Shown here: piece after piece, positions 26,401 through 38,600 of the stretch
Numbering within the stretch: the stretch's first letter is position 1
Layout: each line of letters begins with the position of its first letter
DNA from: Raillietiella orientalis
Lineage: Eukaryota
Direction: 5' to 3'
DNA: 64,000 nt
Assembly: GCA_036172245.1 (NCBI GenBank)
Contig: JAYWIR010000016.1
Coordinates: forward strand, 3,472,001-3,536,000
Position numbers and translations under genes: made by a program
Notes under the pieces: model-generated
Database searches by the model: none
The model's input: the letters and a program-made list of their open reading frames with translations, nothing else
Told to the model about the DNA's origin: nothing

Positions 26401-26798
26401 GTCAACTCTCGTGCATGCACTCGCCTCACTCCCTTTCTGGCCAGCCCCGTGTGCAATGCACGCCTCCGCAGTTTTTCCCATTCTCCCGTTTCACAAATTG
26501 CATGCGCACGTATGCCGACCATTATTTTGAATGGTAGTATTTGGCAGCAAGTGTGTCTTACTCAAATCGAACGTTCCCGCCCCAGTCATTTGCAACCTTA
26601 TTTTTTTTTTTTTTTCCATTTTTCTTTAGTAATTAGCAGCCAGTAAACTTGTGTTCAACTTTGCATATTACCATACATCGCCACTGTAGCCTTATGTTCA
26701 CTGTGTTACACTTGGAAATGGCTGCATTTCTTTGTTTTAGGTTTTAGGTGAAATGTGGGGGAATTCATTACTTGTGATATTGAAATGTATACTTTAAG

Positions 26799-29700
26799 AT
26801 GACTGAAGGAACAAGTGATACTCAGTACATGTAAGTTCATGCTTTCACAAATTGTAAAAAATAAATGTATTGATTGCTGGGAAGTCGCCAACGTGCTGAA
26901 TGCTTGATTTCTTCTCATAGAGAATTTAACAGTATAGAAGGAAGCAGCACCGTGCCCATTGTCAGAAATGATGTAGTGGTTAATCCCACATCTACAGAAA
27001 AACCAATTCATTCCAAAGTCAAGTTCAAGAATTTAGTGGATTACTACTGGGAGCCAAAATATTATATTGGTCAGCTTTTAGCTGTACATATATCAGGAGT
27101 GTATTTAGCGTATGCAATAAGAGGTAATGAATTTTGTGTTTTTTTTTTAATTTGTAGCTGAAACGTTCAGTTGAAAGCATTTTTGTCATATATTTGCATT
27201 GATACATTACCAATGTAATCTATGTTTGCTCACACTTTGAGTAATTACCATTCTTCCAGTGGTATCATGTTTTTATATTTGTAGTACTAATGTGTTTTAT
27301 GTGATTTAGTTGAGAGAGAAATCAAGTTTGATCATAAAACATCTGATGTATTTTAAAAACATATTTTTAGCCTACTCCCAGTCTGTTGGCTTTGTAAAAG
27401 TAGTAAATAGGAATACAGATCAACGGACTTTAATCAAAAATCTGTTGAAAGGAGAAGTCGTAGACTTATCCTTTGCCTACATAAAGCAAGAGGTTGTCAT
27501 TGCCTGTGTAGATGTATATGGACATTTGCTTGTGTTTGCTATTATAGATGGAGAAACAAAATTAAGGTAACATTTTCTTCTTTCATTTGATTTCATGTTT
27601 TCAAACTTTTGTACTGCATACAAAATTTCACTGTATTGAAGTTTTACCAGTTCACTGTTGTGCTTAACTAATACATTAGATTATAAACAGTTCGTGAATA
27701 TAGGTTAGGTTGTAAATGAATCAGATTATACATACTTATTTTAGTATTTATGTCATGAGTAGATGTACATAGGTGGTGCCATAGAAATACATATCTACAG
27801 TTGATATAATTTTAAGTTTTCCAAAGTTGGATTGTTCTGAAAGTATTAGAACTCAATAATGTATGCATATAAGGAGCGGAAACTATGAATTCACAACATC
27901 TTTGATGAAATCTTGTTGATGCGCTGTAGTCTGATTAATCAGTTATTAAGCTGTGGTAAATGTGATCTTACAGATTGCAGTGGAAACTGCAAGAACAAGT
28001 GCTCAAGTGTGCTTCAATAGAGAAGTTATTTTTGAAAAGTCTAAAATTGTTCAGGATTTTGCTGGCTCCTGTCGCATTGTAATTTCAAAAGATCAATGTG
28101 GATTTCCTAAGAACAAAAACACATTTTGCTCAAAAAAATGACATGCATCAGCATCAAGACATTAGATTTTAATTTTCTGGACAAAATGCACAAAAATCAA
28201 AGCAAGTTCTCTCTTTTCCTGCCTAAAATTATGTTATTGACTTCTTCTTTTGTCAAATATGGCAATGTAACCAATGCTAGAGTGTTAAAGAAAACTATTT
28301 TCGTGTTGCATTTGGGCAAGAGTACTAGAGATGCATAAATAAAATAATAAACGAACAAATTCTTTACTTCATGAAGATTGGGCTACTTTCTCAACCTTAG
28401 AAAGCTGGTACATATAAATTAATGATTCTGATTTAAGAGGTTTGTGAAAACATTGAAAAGCATACCTAATGTCTTTCTGTGTTTTATGCTGTTTTGCATT
28501 AAAAAACATGAATTTTAACAAAAGTTGGATGTGATTCGCACATTGATTATTAAACAGGATTTCAGTCTTAAAGTTTACCCAGTGTTCTGTTAGAAATGTG
28601 AGTGCAAGAAACCAAAGGGGATTTAAAGTGTTGGAACCTTTAGTTATTATGCAAGGTGTTGGTTTTAAGTAACAGTTGTTAACATTCATTGCCATCTGCC
28701 AGATATCACACAGCAGTATTAGTTCCTTTTTTGTAGCCTCTAAAAATCATGTAAGAAATTTGACCACATAGATAGTTCATGCTAGAACAAGTACTGGTTT
28801 TTGCAGTGTCCACCACAAATGTGACTTTCAGCTGTTCACAAATATATCAGAAAATGAGATCATAATCCAAATCTTGTATTACCTAATACTGACTCTGCAT
28901 TTATGTTGGTGATTAGAATACAAGGAAGAAATCTGAATGAGTCAGATAGTTAAGATAAAAGATAAGATTGGATATGACCAGCAAATTAAGCATTGTTGCA
29001 AAGTTGAGCTAGGTGTGCTTCATTTAGTAATAGTGGTAAATGCATAAACCAACTCATTTGGTATATAGTTGAACACGAGAAATGAGATTGGATTTTGCTT
29101 CATGTCTTTTGCATACAACTTAGGAACACTAATCAAGTGTCCCACATATTAGAAGCAGACTTGAAAGTTTCTACTTTCCACATAGCAAATGCTTGCTTGC
29201 CTCATTTTCTGTTTCCTCTATTATTTAGAGACTCGGCATTTTTAGGTTCATACTTTATTTTGTGTACATTGTTTGCTGTGTGACAAAGATTATTGAATTC
29301 AATTTTGCTTATTATTTAAAAGATGCTTCAATTGTTTTTATTAAATAAAAAGATGTGATTGAAAGGGAATTCATGAGAATGGAATGTAACTGAGATACTT
29401 TTTGCTTTAAGTGAAAGTAGTCATCTTTTATTGAGAGTACACTGAGAATCCTTTGGCAATTATGATGGTGCAAAATAAAAATGAAAAAATCTTATTAATA
29501 TAAAGATTTCCATGAAGTGCGATTTGGAAGATGTACAACTACAATTGTGTTTTGAGGTGCTGTGATAAATCAAGTGATTTGTATTAAAGTGCAAGTTTGT
29601 GAAATTAGTCATGTCACTTTGATTAGTTTTTATAAATACGCATGAAATAATAACCTTGTCAAATCTTTATGTTTCTTGAAAGTACTGTTTGAACTGGATC

Positions 29701-32700
29701 ATTACTTACTCGAAGTAGATATCAAGAATTGTTTTATTGATGACATCTGCATTGTGTCGATCATTCCAAATCAGTATCTAAAAGTTGCTTTTGATCATTT
29801 GATTATTGTATTCATTGTCTGTTTTTGATTATATCTTGGATTTAAAGTACTGTTACATTGGTATTATCAAGGATGGGATTCATGTGTATTTTGTTGTTTT
29901 TTTTTCAATTTGTATTTGATTCATCCATTGTATATCACTAAAAAACATATTGTAGTGTTTCCATCTTACTGAATGTTGAGCAGGATCAAGTTGGGAAAGC
30001 ATGTGAGATGCACAGAGTAGTATGGTGCCCTTATATTCCAGATGAAGATGATATGAAAGAAGATGTAGAACGACTTTCTAAATTTTTACTTGTGGCTCAT
30101 GGTGACTCAGTAAGTGTATTCGATAAGTTTCCAGCTTTATGTTTTCCTGAGAGTTACTTAAGTATGTATAACAAGAACAATATTATTGCTGCTTTTTGCT
30201 GTAGTTTTACATCGTTTTTGAGTTTGTATGTATTACTGTATAACTATGGAAAATCGTAGTAGTGTATGAGGTAATTCACCTTCAGAGCTCTTAAAATGAT
30301 TCAGTATAAAATACCAGTGTCAGACTAAATCTGGTGTAGTAATCATAGTTTATATACTTGGAACATAATTTTGCAATAATTCTGATATGTTAGCTAGAAG
30401 TATGGAATGTGATGAGCACGAAGAATAACTCCAAAATTGATAAGCAACAAATGAAAATCGGTTCACTGAGTATCAGCGACTCTACTTTGCCTTGTAATGT
30501 TGTAGATGTTGCATTTTCTCCTGATTGCAGCGCATTTGCAGTAGCTACTGATCAGGGAATGGTTCTTTTCTATCAGGTAATAGTGGAAGTAGTTGCTATT
30601 TGTAGTTGCTAATTTATTTTTTTTTGAATGGATGAAGATTTTTTTCTCTAAAGAAGAAAAAAATTCCATGCCTCCCTTGCATCAGTGGATTCCACATCAA
30701 GGAAAAGCATTATCATCTTTGTATTTTATGGATGATCTTACAAAACTAAATCCTGAGTAAGAACTCAACAACTTTTAGAGGAAAAGAGAATGATTTTTTT
30801 TCATCAGCATTCAGTATTGGAGATATGCCATCACTGGTGCATCAGGAAATACGGAAATTAAATTGTGGTCATGTGCTAACTGGGAATGTTTGCAAACTGT
30901 GCGTATCAACAAGTCAGGAGCATCACATGATTCTCTGAAAGCCAGGATGGATATAACTGCTCATTACCTGTTGCTTTCAGATATAACCAAAATGGTTAGC
31001 TTTATCAAAACACGTATGACTTATTTCAGCGATATTGTTAGATGCTGTACATCTTTGACATTCAGAATGATGAAACACAAGCTAGTATTGTCTGTTTAAC
31101 AGAAGTGATGCTACCATGTTCAATGCTTAGTTTTGCCATCGTCGATATTTGGCACATGCCTTATAAATCGGAGTCAGAAGAAATGAATACATTAGCATGT
31201 ATAAAATAATGCAGCTGTTTCGCAGATATTTTGAATTTGTTGTTTAGATCCAAGCATGGAAGAACAGCATAACATTCACGATGTAGAAATCAGATTGTAT
31301 CTGCTTCAGCCGAAATCCTTGCAAGAAGGTAAAATCAGTTTTCAGTCTATTGTAAAGAATGCCAAAGAGGATGCTGCAACAGTACAAGATTCTCTAGGTG
31401 AGTTTGAAGTTCATCACAGAATGCTGTATGTGCAGTGCCATGTAAAACACTTCCAAGTTATGTATTGCAGCTAGCAAAAATTAAATTTGTTTAAAGTTTT
31501 TTTTAAAAAAAGCAGTTTTTATATGAATGCTGGATCATAATTGAAACTTTGTCATGTGAGAATGAAAACAGTTAATTGTAAGATTCCTTTTTTGAAAATA
31601 CAGACGTCATCTTAGATTGAACAATATCATCAACTGTGAAAAACTTCTTAATAAAGTTTGTGAAGGCAGTTTTGATTTCAATAGGTATCTTGACCTCTAA
31701 ACAGGATGAAATTTTGTCCAGATTCCGAACTCAGCACATGTCCGACCATTTGGCAATAGAAACTAACGAATCTGGTGATTTTCTAATGACACCTGAAGCA
31801 TTTAGCATGTCTGGCAAAAATAAGCCGTCACAGGTTGGCAAGTTTTCATTTTGTTGCCACAAAATGTAACCATAAACTAGGATCTATCATCTGATAAATC
31901 AATGCAGGAAGATTCAGAACAAAGCAAAACATTGACTTCAGCTGATTTGTTACATAAAAGCAAGGTGAGGAAAGGTAAGGGTGGGCTTATGAAAAGAAAA
32001 TGTTGACAATGACTGATGATTTGTTCTCTCTCCCCTGCAGAATGCAACCAGTCAGTTGAATGGATGGTCAGTTTCCCAGAGTAATCATTCCAGTCCGAGT
32101 AGGGAGGTGCAGGAAATTTTGAAAGCTAAAGAAGGTATTTAGGTGCTTCTGTAGAGTATATAATCAAGGGCTTCTTTTGTAGGAAAAGATAGTGTGGTAA
32201 ATTTAGATGATGAAGAACAGCAACCAAGGTATGTGACCTTTGATGATGCTTCTGTGTGGGTGTTAATTCAGTTTGCAGACAGATGGCAGTACTAAGTGAA
32301 AACATTGGCATGTCATCAGAATCATTTCCAGCTCCCCCCTCACCTCCTAATCCACTTAGAAAGCTTTCAGATCACTTGTCTGTTAGTTCCCCAAACACAG
32401 CTGGAGAGCGTTTTGATGACAATTGGAAAACAAGTTCCCCTATAATAGATGCTCATACAGCTGACTTTAGGTGAATCTCTCTTGTTCACATTTGCATTTC
32501 AGGACGAAAAACTTTTCAATATTTCTACATGAATGTATCTGATATTCTTTTGATTTAGAAGTAAGTCATCAGAAAAAGGAAACGAATTTTGGAAACATTC
32601 AAGTGAACTTGAAGATATGCAGAAACTCACTTGGAAGCAAATGAAGATGTCCCTTGAAGCAATCCAAGCTGAGCAATCGAAGTTGAATGTAAATGCTTAA

Positions 32701-34200
32701 AGCTGTAAATCAAGTATTCTTGAAGTAAAAGTTTGCATTACTTGTAGGATGTTTTGCATCGACTGTCATCTTTACAGTGGATTCAAGACGTTAATTATTT
32801 AGAAAAGCAACTTCAGCAGCAGTTTCAAAGAGTTAGCGATCAAATCGAGAAGATTAGATTAAATGCAGAAAAACAATTTTTGGATAGAGTGACTGTATCA
32901 CTAAAAAAAACTGTATCCGGAATTCTAAAGGAACACCTTGCTGATTCTGAACTCATGACAGGTAATGAATAGCAGATCTGGCAGATTCTTTATTAGTAGT
33001 TGTCTTAACAGTTCCTAGGAAAGAAATGCAATCTTTACAAGTGAATTTGTTACAAGATCTATGCAAGCAAATAGTAATGGAAGGCAGTTTGTGGCAAGAC
33101 ACGCTGATTCATTTTTTCAACAGCAAGGTAGTAGCATCATGTATGGTTTTCTGAAAAACTTCCTTGCAGGCATTTCAAGAAAATATGAGTGCTTCATTAC
33201 ACAACCAGATCCTGAGTAGTTTCAAGGAAGCTTTCTCCTGTTCAGTTATTCCCTGTTTTGAAAAAGCAACTGTCTCCATGACTAGGCAGATTAATGATCA
33301 TTTTTCAAAAGGGCTGCAGGAATGTAAGTGACAAGTTCTATTCTGCATGTGCTTATTGGACATAGCAACAGATATTCAGCATCTAGAATCACACAAGGAG
33401 TGGCTTAACAGTCCTTTAAATCCTCTCAAAGAGCTGTTGCTACACCAAATTCGTGTTCTTTCTGACAGTGTATGTGGATCAGTAGAAAAATCAGTTTCAC
33501 AGTTAACAACTGATTGTAAAAATCAAATGCATTTGATGCACGAAGGGTATACACAGTGTTGTTTAGAGAAATTGAAATCAAGTGCACCAAATATTTTCAG
33601 ATTACAGAATATGCTAGTGACTCAGATTCAGCAGACGCTAGAACAAAATATTGCAAAGTGCTTTACTGATCAGCGTGCTGCTATGGAATCCTCATTGTTT
33701 CAAGTGCTGCAGTCTGGCACACAATCTCTTGTATCTGTGGATCCCCAGTCCCAAATTTTAGCCTATTTATCAAAGAATCAAATCAATGCAGCATTTCAAT
33801 ATGTAAGTGTGTATCAGTTGATGATTAGCTGCAATGCAGGTCTTCCATTTAGGCCCTCACAGCAGGAGATTTAAGTGTTGTCCTTTTTCTCTGTGAGAGA
33901 GTTACTCCAGATATGTTGGGTCAGAGTCCTTGCCCTTTGCAACAACCAGTTTTGCTATCTCTCGTCCAGCAGCTATCTACTAATTTATCATCTGATGTTG
34001 AATTGAAAGTTAACTACTTGGTGGAAGCAATTAACAGTTTGAACATGGATGATTCTGTAACTAAAGAGTATATCAATCCTATTCTGATAAGACTGGTTCT
34101 TCAACTAGAAGAATCCCTTCAGCACACGACCGAAAATAGACTGATTCGCAAGATGCGGTGTTGCCTTGGGTTGGCAAGAGATTTGATCCGCACAGCTTGA
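26799..34200 (+). CDS. EDC4: Enhancer of mRNA-decapping protein 4 (Ge-1). Exons: 26799-26830, 26921-27123, 27371-27566, 29956-30109, 30394-30576, 30638-30756, 30808-30994, 31042-31198, 31248-31397, 31685-31833, 31881-31964, 32041-32134, 32183-32228, 32279-32470, 32559-32688, 32748-32961, 33012-33127, 33170-33323, 33372-33802, 33853-34200 (TGA)
   Basis: WD40 region SKVKFKNLVDYYWEPKYYIGQLLAV..YLAYAIR, HRVVWCPYIP, AFSPD, LHQWIPHQGK, YWRYAITGA, WSCANWECLQT; linker LMTPEAF and SPSREVQEIL; C-terminal domain INAAFQYALTAGDLSVVLFLCE..PLQQPVLLSLVQQLS. The 20 exons join in frame through GT-AG introns. Confidence 0.94.
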
Positions 34201-35569
34201 TGAACGTTTGCTATATTTACCTTTATGTATATACAGTCATGATTTTAAGAATTTGTTTTACAAAAATATATTTTTATTTCGTTTTCTATTCGTAAATATA
34301 TACTTTTATAATGTGTTTGTTGCCATATTCTGATGTAGATGCGCAGTGTTGAAAGTTTCAGTTCCATTTTAAAGTACTGGTGAGCAAGAAGTAAATTATA
34401 ACGAAAAGCCAGCGGTGTGAAGCGTCGTGCTTTGGTGAAATGAAAGTCACTTTGCATGGAATGGGCAATTTCGTACGCAGACCGAACACAAAAGCAATCC
34501 TCCACTATGGGAATGCGCCGTACGGATGCTGCTGGCCGGTGGTGTATCCAAGAACTTGATGGTGTCTTTCGGTGGATCCACTTGCTCCACTCTGTGGCAG
34601 TCACACTTTACCAAAGATGGAATTATGGAAAAGGGTTTCGCTACCGTGTTTGCTCTCTGAATGGCCCGTGTGAATTCCCTGTCAAGTGTTTGTGCGTTCA
34701 ACTAGATTAACATCTTCGGAGTATGGAAAACCAAACGACCCTCATGCATTTTAGGTTCGTAATGTGCTCCTTTTTTTTTTCTTTTTTTTTTTTGGTCTGT
34801 GTGTGTGTGTCCTGTCGAAGCACAGTTGAGGGAATCAAAAAAGTTTTCAGCATTGGTAGCGTTGCACCCATGGGTTTATTGTAATCGGACGTATATGGTA
34901 CGAAAGGAAGACGGTGGTTTGTACACAGCTTGTGCGAAAGCGTGCACAACTTTTTTCGAGCAAACCCTCAGCTAGGAATGGTCTGATGCAGCAGAGAAGA
35001 GGAGATCGTACTGAGCAGCGGACTAAGCGATGGAAAGGCGTGAAAGCCGCGAGTGTGAGGTGCCTTTTCGCCGTGAAGGGAAGCCGAGGGAGGCTCTCCC
35101 TCCGTACGGAATAAAGGCCGTTCAGGTGTTTCGTGAGTGTGCACTTTTATTTCCGGCGGTGGGAACCCTTCAGCGGCGGAGGCACGGAACAACGACGGGA
35201 CTCACTCGCACGGAGGCAGGACGTTGCCGCGCCGGGCGAGGGGGGGTTTTCTGGAGGAAGGGGGATGAGGCGAGCGTGCCCAGGGAACCGCGGAAGGCCG
35301 ACGAACTTTCGAGAACGAGCGCGGGCGCGTTCTGCAAGGCATTCCGTTTTCTTCGAGCCGGTTCGAGTGTTTTTGGTACGAGGCACGTGCGTGTCGTTCC
35401 ATCTCGCGGGGAGCACACCCCGTCTGCCCGTCAACACGTCCCGAGGATCGTGCAGTAAGGCGTGCCGTTCCTACGTGGGTCTTCAGTCGTAGGCCGAACC
35501 TTCGATCGACCGCATCGCCCCAGTCTTGACCCGAGTTTTTTTTTTTTCCGCACTCAGCCTCAACAGGAT

Positions 35570-35605
35570 TTCTTCTTCTTCTTCTTCTTCTTCTTCTTCT
35601 TCTTC
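35570..35605. repeat. (TTC)12 microsatellite
   Basis: Direct reading. Confidence 0.97.
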
Positions 35606-38600
35606 CTCCCTCTCTCCCCCCCCCCCCCTTTTTTTCCTTTTTATGGTTGCTCTTTGAAAACTTCAATGGCGTGATCCCCCCCCTTCCAATCCTGCCGCAA
35701 ATTCGACCCAAGCGTGGAGAGTTCCACTTCTTGCTCGGGCGCGGCGGCGGCGGCGGCGGCGTCCTCCTCCTCTCCGCTCTCATTGCTGTGTGCTCCCTCT
35801 GCTCTTCCAAGGTCATTCCGATGTTTCCTCGATTGCCTTCTTCCCAATTGACTCGCGCTTTTCTTCCTTTTTTTTTTTTTGTCCAGCACGGAACAGTCAA
35901 TTGCATTTTCTTTGCAAATCTTTTCGGATGACGGGGGGAGGGGACAAAGTGGCTGCGTTTTGAAATCGCCGGAATGTTTTTTGTTTTGCTACCTTTTTCT
36001 TTTTTTTCTTTTCTTTTCTTTTTTTTAAAGTTTTCCAACCATTTACCGGTACACGCATCACGGCATCGATGAAAAAATTTCATGCATCTCATTAGCAGCA
36101 TTAATTTTCAGTAGTACGTCGTCTGCAGATGAGTGTAGAGTGTTGCACAGTGTTTCCCGCTCCGTTCGCTTAGGGAATTGCCGGTGACGGCGGTGTCGTT
36201 CCTCGTGGAAAAGGTGAAACCGTGCCAGAAAGGTCGCACCCCGCTCGGTCCAGAGGTCGTCAGCATCACACGATGGTCTGCTGCACGGGTCTGCCGCGTG
36301 GTGCACCGCCCGTCAGCATCCTTCCTTCAAGAGAGTGAACCGCGTACACACTCCCTGCTTATCCTTCGCCCTAGGGAAGTAGCCGCAGGCGATTTACTTG
36401 GATTGCAGAAAAGGAATGTAAAAGTGACGATGCGCCTTTTTGTGTGTGTGTGTGTGTGTGTTGGAGGCGGAGGAGATGCAGATCGCTAAGCTTCCAAGAG
36501 AATGTTTCCTTTAAGATAGCGTAGCAACGTGGTTTTCTGAATGCCTGAAGTAGCACGGTGGAATACTGTGCACAATGCTTGGTGTTTGCGTGTGTATGTG
36601 TGTGTGTGTGTATGTGGGGGGGGGGGGGAAGGGGGACGATGGATTCTCAACGGGTCCAACTGGAAAAGCATCTGGAAAGAAGGAACGAACACTTGTAAGG
36701 TTGTAAAAAAAAGAAAAAAAAGTTTGAAGAAAGCTTTCAGATGAGTTAAATTCGCAAAGGTACCAAATAATAACTGTAGGCCGAGCTGGAATGCCCGCCT
36801 ACCGCGTGCCGACCCACTGCCAACGCCGTGTGACGGAACCGCGCCGATAGGCACGGCGAAGAAGGCCTTACTCGCGCCACGCTTCCCGTTGGTGTTGGTG
36901 TTTTTTTTTTCCTTTTGTCTTTCTTTTTTCAATTCTGCTTTTATCAAAAGCGTTGCTAAAGGTTGGTCCGTCGCTGAACGAATGCTTTGCACAACGAGAA
37001 GACGTTCCAAAGATCGTTGAGCAGAGGAGCGGCGTTTTTTTCGGGATTCAGTAGAGAGCGGCAGCGCATTAACGAAGTCACTTTGAAGTCACTGTGTTTC
37101 TCCTGTTCGAACATTCATCGATTTTCGAGGGGGGGGGGAAGAAATAAATAAATACATATATATATATATATATGTATATAAAAAAACATGCAACGTGTAG
37201 ACAGTTTTTTGTCCCGCTGAACCTTCCATTCGGCGGCCTAACTTCCACGTGTTGAGGTCCGACTATCTACTTAGCAACCGCCGCCGTCGTGGACGTGCCT
37301 GCCTCCCCCCCCCCCCCCGCTCTCCCTCCTCCTTCCTTATAAACACGTTGCCAAAGGTGTTTGACCATCTTCCCTTTGACCAATGTTGACGCCGAAACGG
37401 CGCGACATCGGCATTCCACAGGCTTTTCGCTTCTCTGCGTGTGATGGCCGGAAGATGAGCCATCTCTTGGTGTTCCCACGAAATACCCTCTTTCTGATCT
37501 CTTCTTTCACCGAGAGTTTCTGAATATCTCGCGGGCAGCAGCTCTTCGCCTTCCGTCCTCCCGTTGCGGTCACTTTTCCTTCGGGCGTCTTCTTCGATAG
37601 CCTGACCGGCTGGTCGCCTCAGTGCCAGAGGCAGAGCCGCGCTCGCCGTCGCTCCACGGAGGAGAGCCAAAGGGTTTGCGGCGCCAAGGCTGCTCGAAGG
37701 CGCGACGCCGCCTCGGGTCGGGACGGACGCTGCGAATCTTTTCCGAGCTCTCCGAATTTCGTCGGTTTCCCTTCGATCGAGGAAACGCACTTCTGCGCAA
37801 ACAGCGGCGCCGAAGGTGCTCCTCCCCTTTCCCTTTGCTTGATGGTTCCATCTTTCGGTGGTTGGGAACTCTCGGAGGCGGCGGCTCCTGGAAGCCAACG
37901 GGAGAGCCTGCCTTGAAGGAGCCAGGAAGCCCTTCAAAGAGTTGCTTCAGTGGAGGCTGAACGTGCGTGCTCGTCGCCCGGTGGTACGGATTTTCCGCCG
38001 CTCCTTGCTGTCTCGCCGCCGAAAGGCCTGCGTGCCACCTGCCCATCCTTCCCCCTCGAGGCGCCTTCGAATTTCCCGCCTGACCCACGTGTTCACGCTT
38101 CCCGTTCGCGGCGACTAACCCGCCCGGCACCCTTCCCTCCCCAGTTGTCTCGCGCGCCGCCCTTTATTCCAAGAAGCGTTGCCAGCCCGTGGAAGCTTTC
38201 CGGGGTCCCCGCAGGACGGGGGAGAGGGGAAGGCGGCAGGCTTCCGATGCCTTCCCAGCCTCATCGTGTGCGGGGTGCCCTCGACATCTCGTGAGCAGCG
38301 AAGGGCGGCAGCGGGCTGCAGGAGGGAGGGAGGGAGGTGGTGCAGGGACGAGTCGATACTCCCCTGCGGCTCCCTGTCTTGTAGACGGGAGGCGTCGATC
38401 GGACGCGTCCTCCCGTTCGTCGCACCACCGACCGACGCGAATCCGGGAGCGGTTGCGATGGCTCCGTTTCTCCGCGCCCGTCGCCGAGGCGCTTCGAGCG
38501 CGACGCGTACCCAAAGGAGTGCGCGTCGCTCCCCCTTTCCAGGAGCTGCGTCAAACGGCGCGTTTCTGGCGGGGTCTGTCCGATTTCCGGTTTGGCTATC

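Larger units (their letters stand above)
14300..26600. other. CpG-rich block, extremely GC-rich in its core (about 16.4-23.6 kb), containing the ZDHHC gene and the probable EDC4 promoter at its right end
   Basis: Direct inspection: 19321-19380 has 51/60 G+C and 11 CpG by hand count. Boundaries are approximate. Confidence 0.85.

Noticed and set aside
26748..26802. Two apparent uORFs before the EDC4 ATG
   Set aside because: 26748-26798 could itself be a 51-nt GT..AAG intron, so the ATGs may be intronic; undecidable without transcripts.
29379..29390. TGGAATGTAA matching the start of miR-1; similar seed-only matches to bantam and miR-315 elsewhere
   Set aside because: The match stops after about 10 nt and there is no hairpin.
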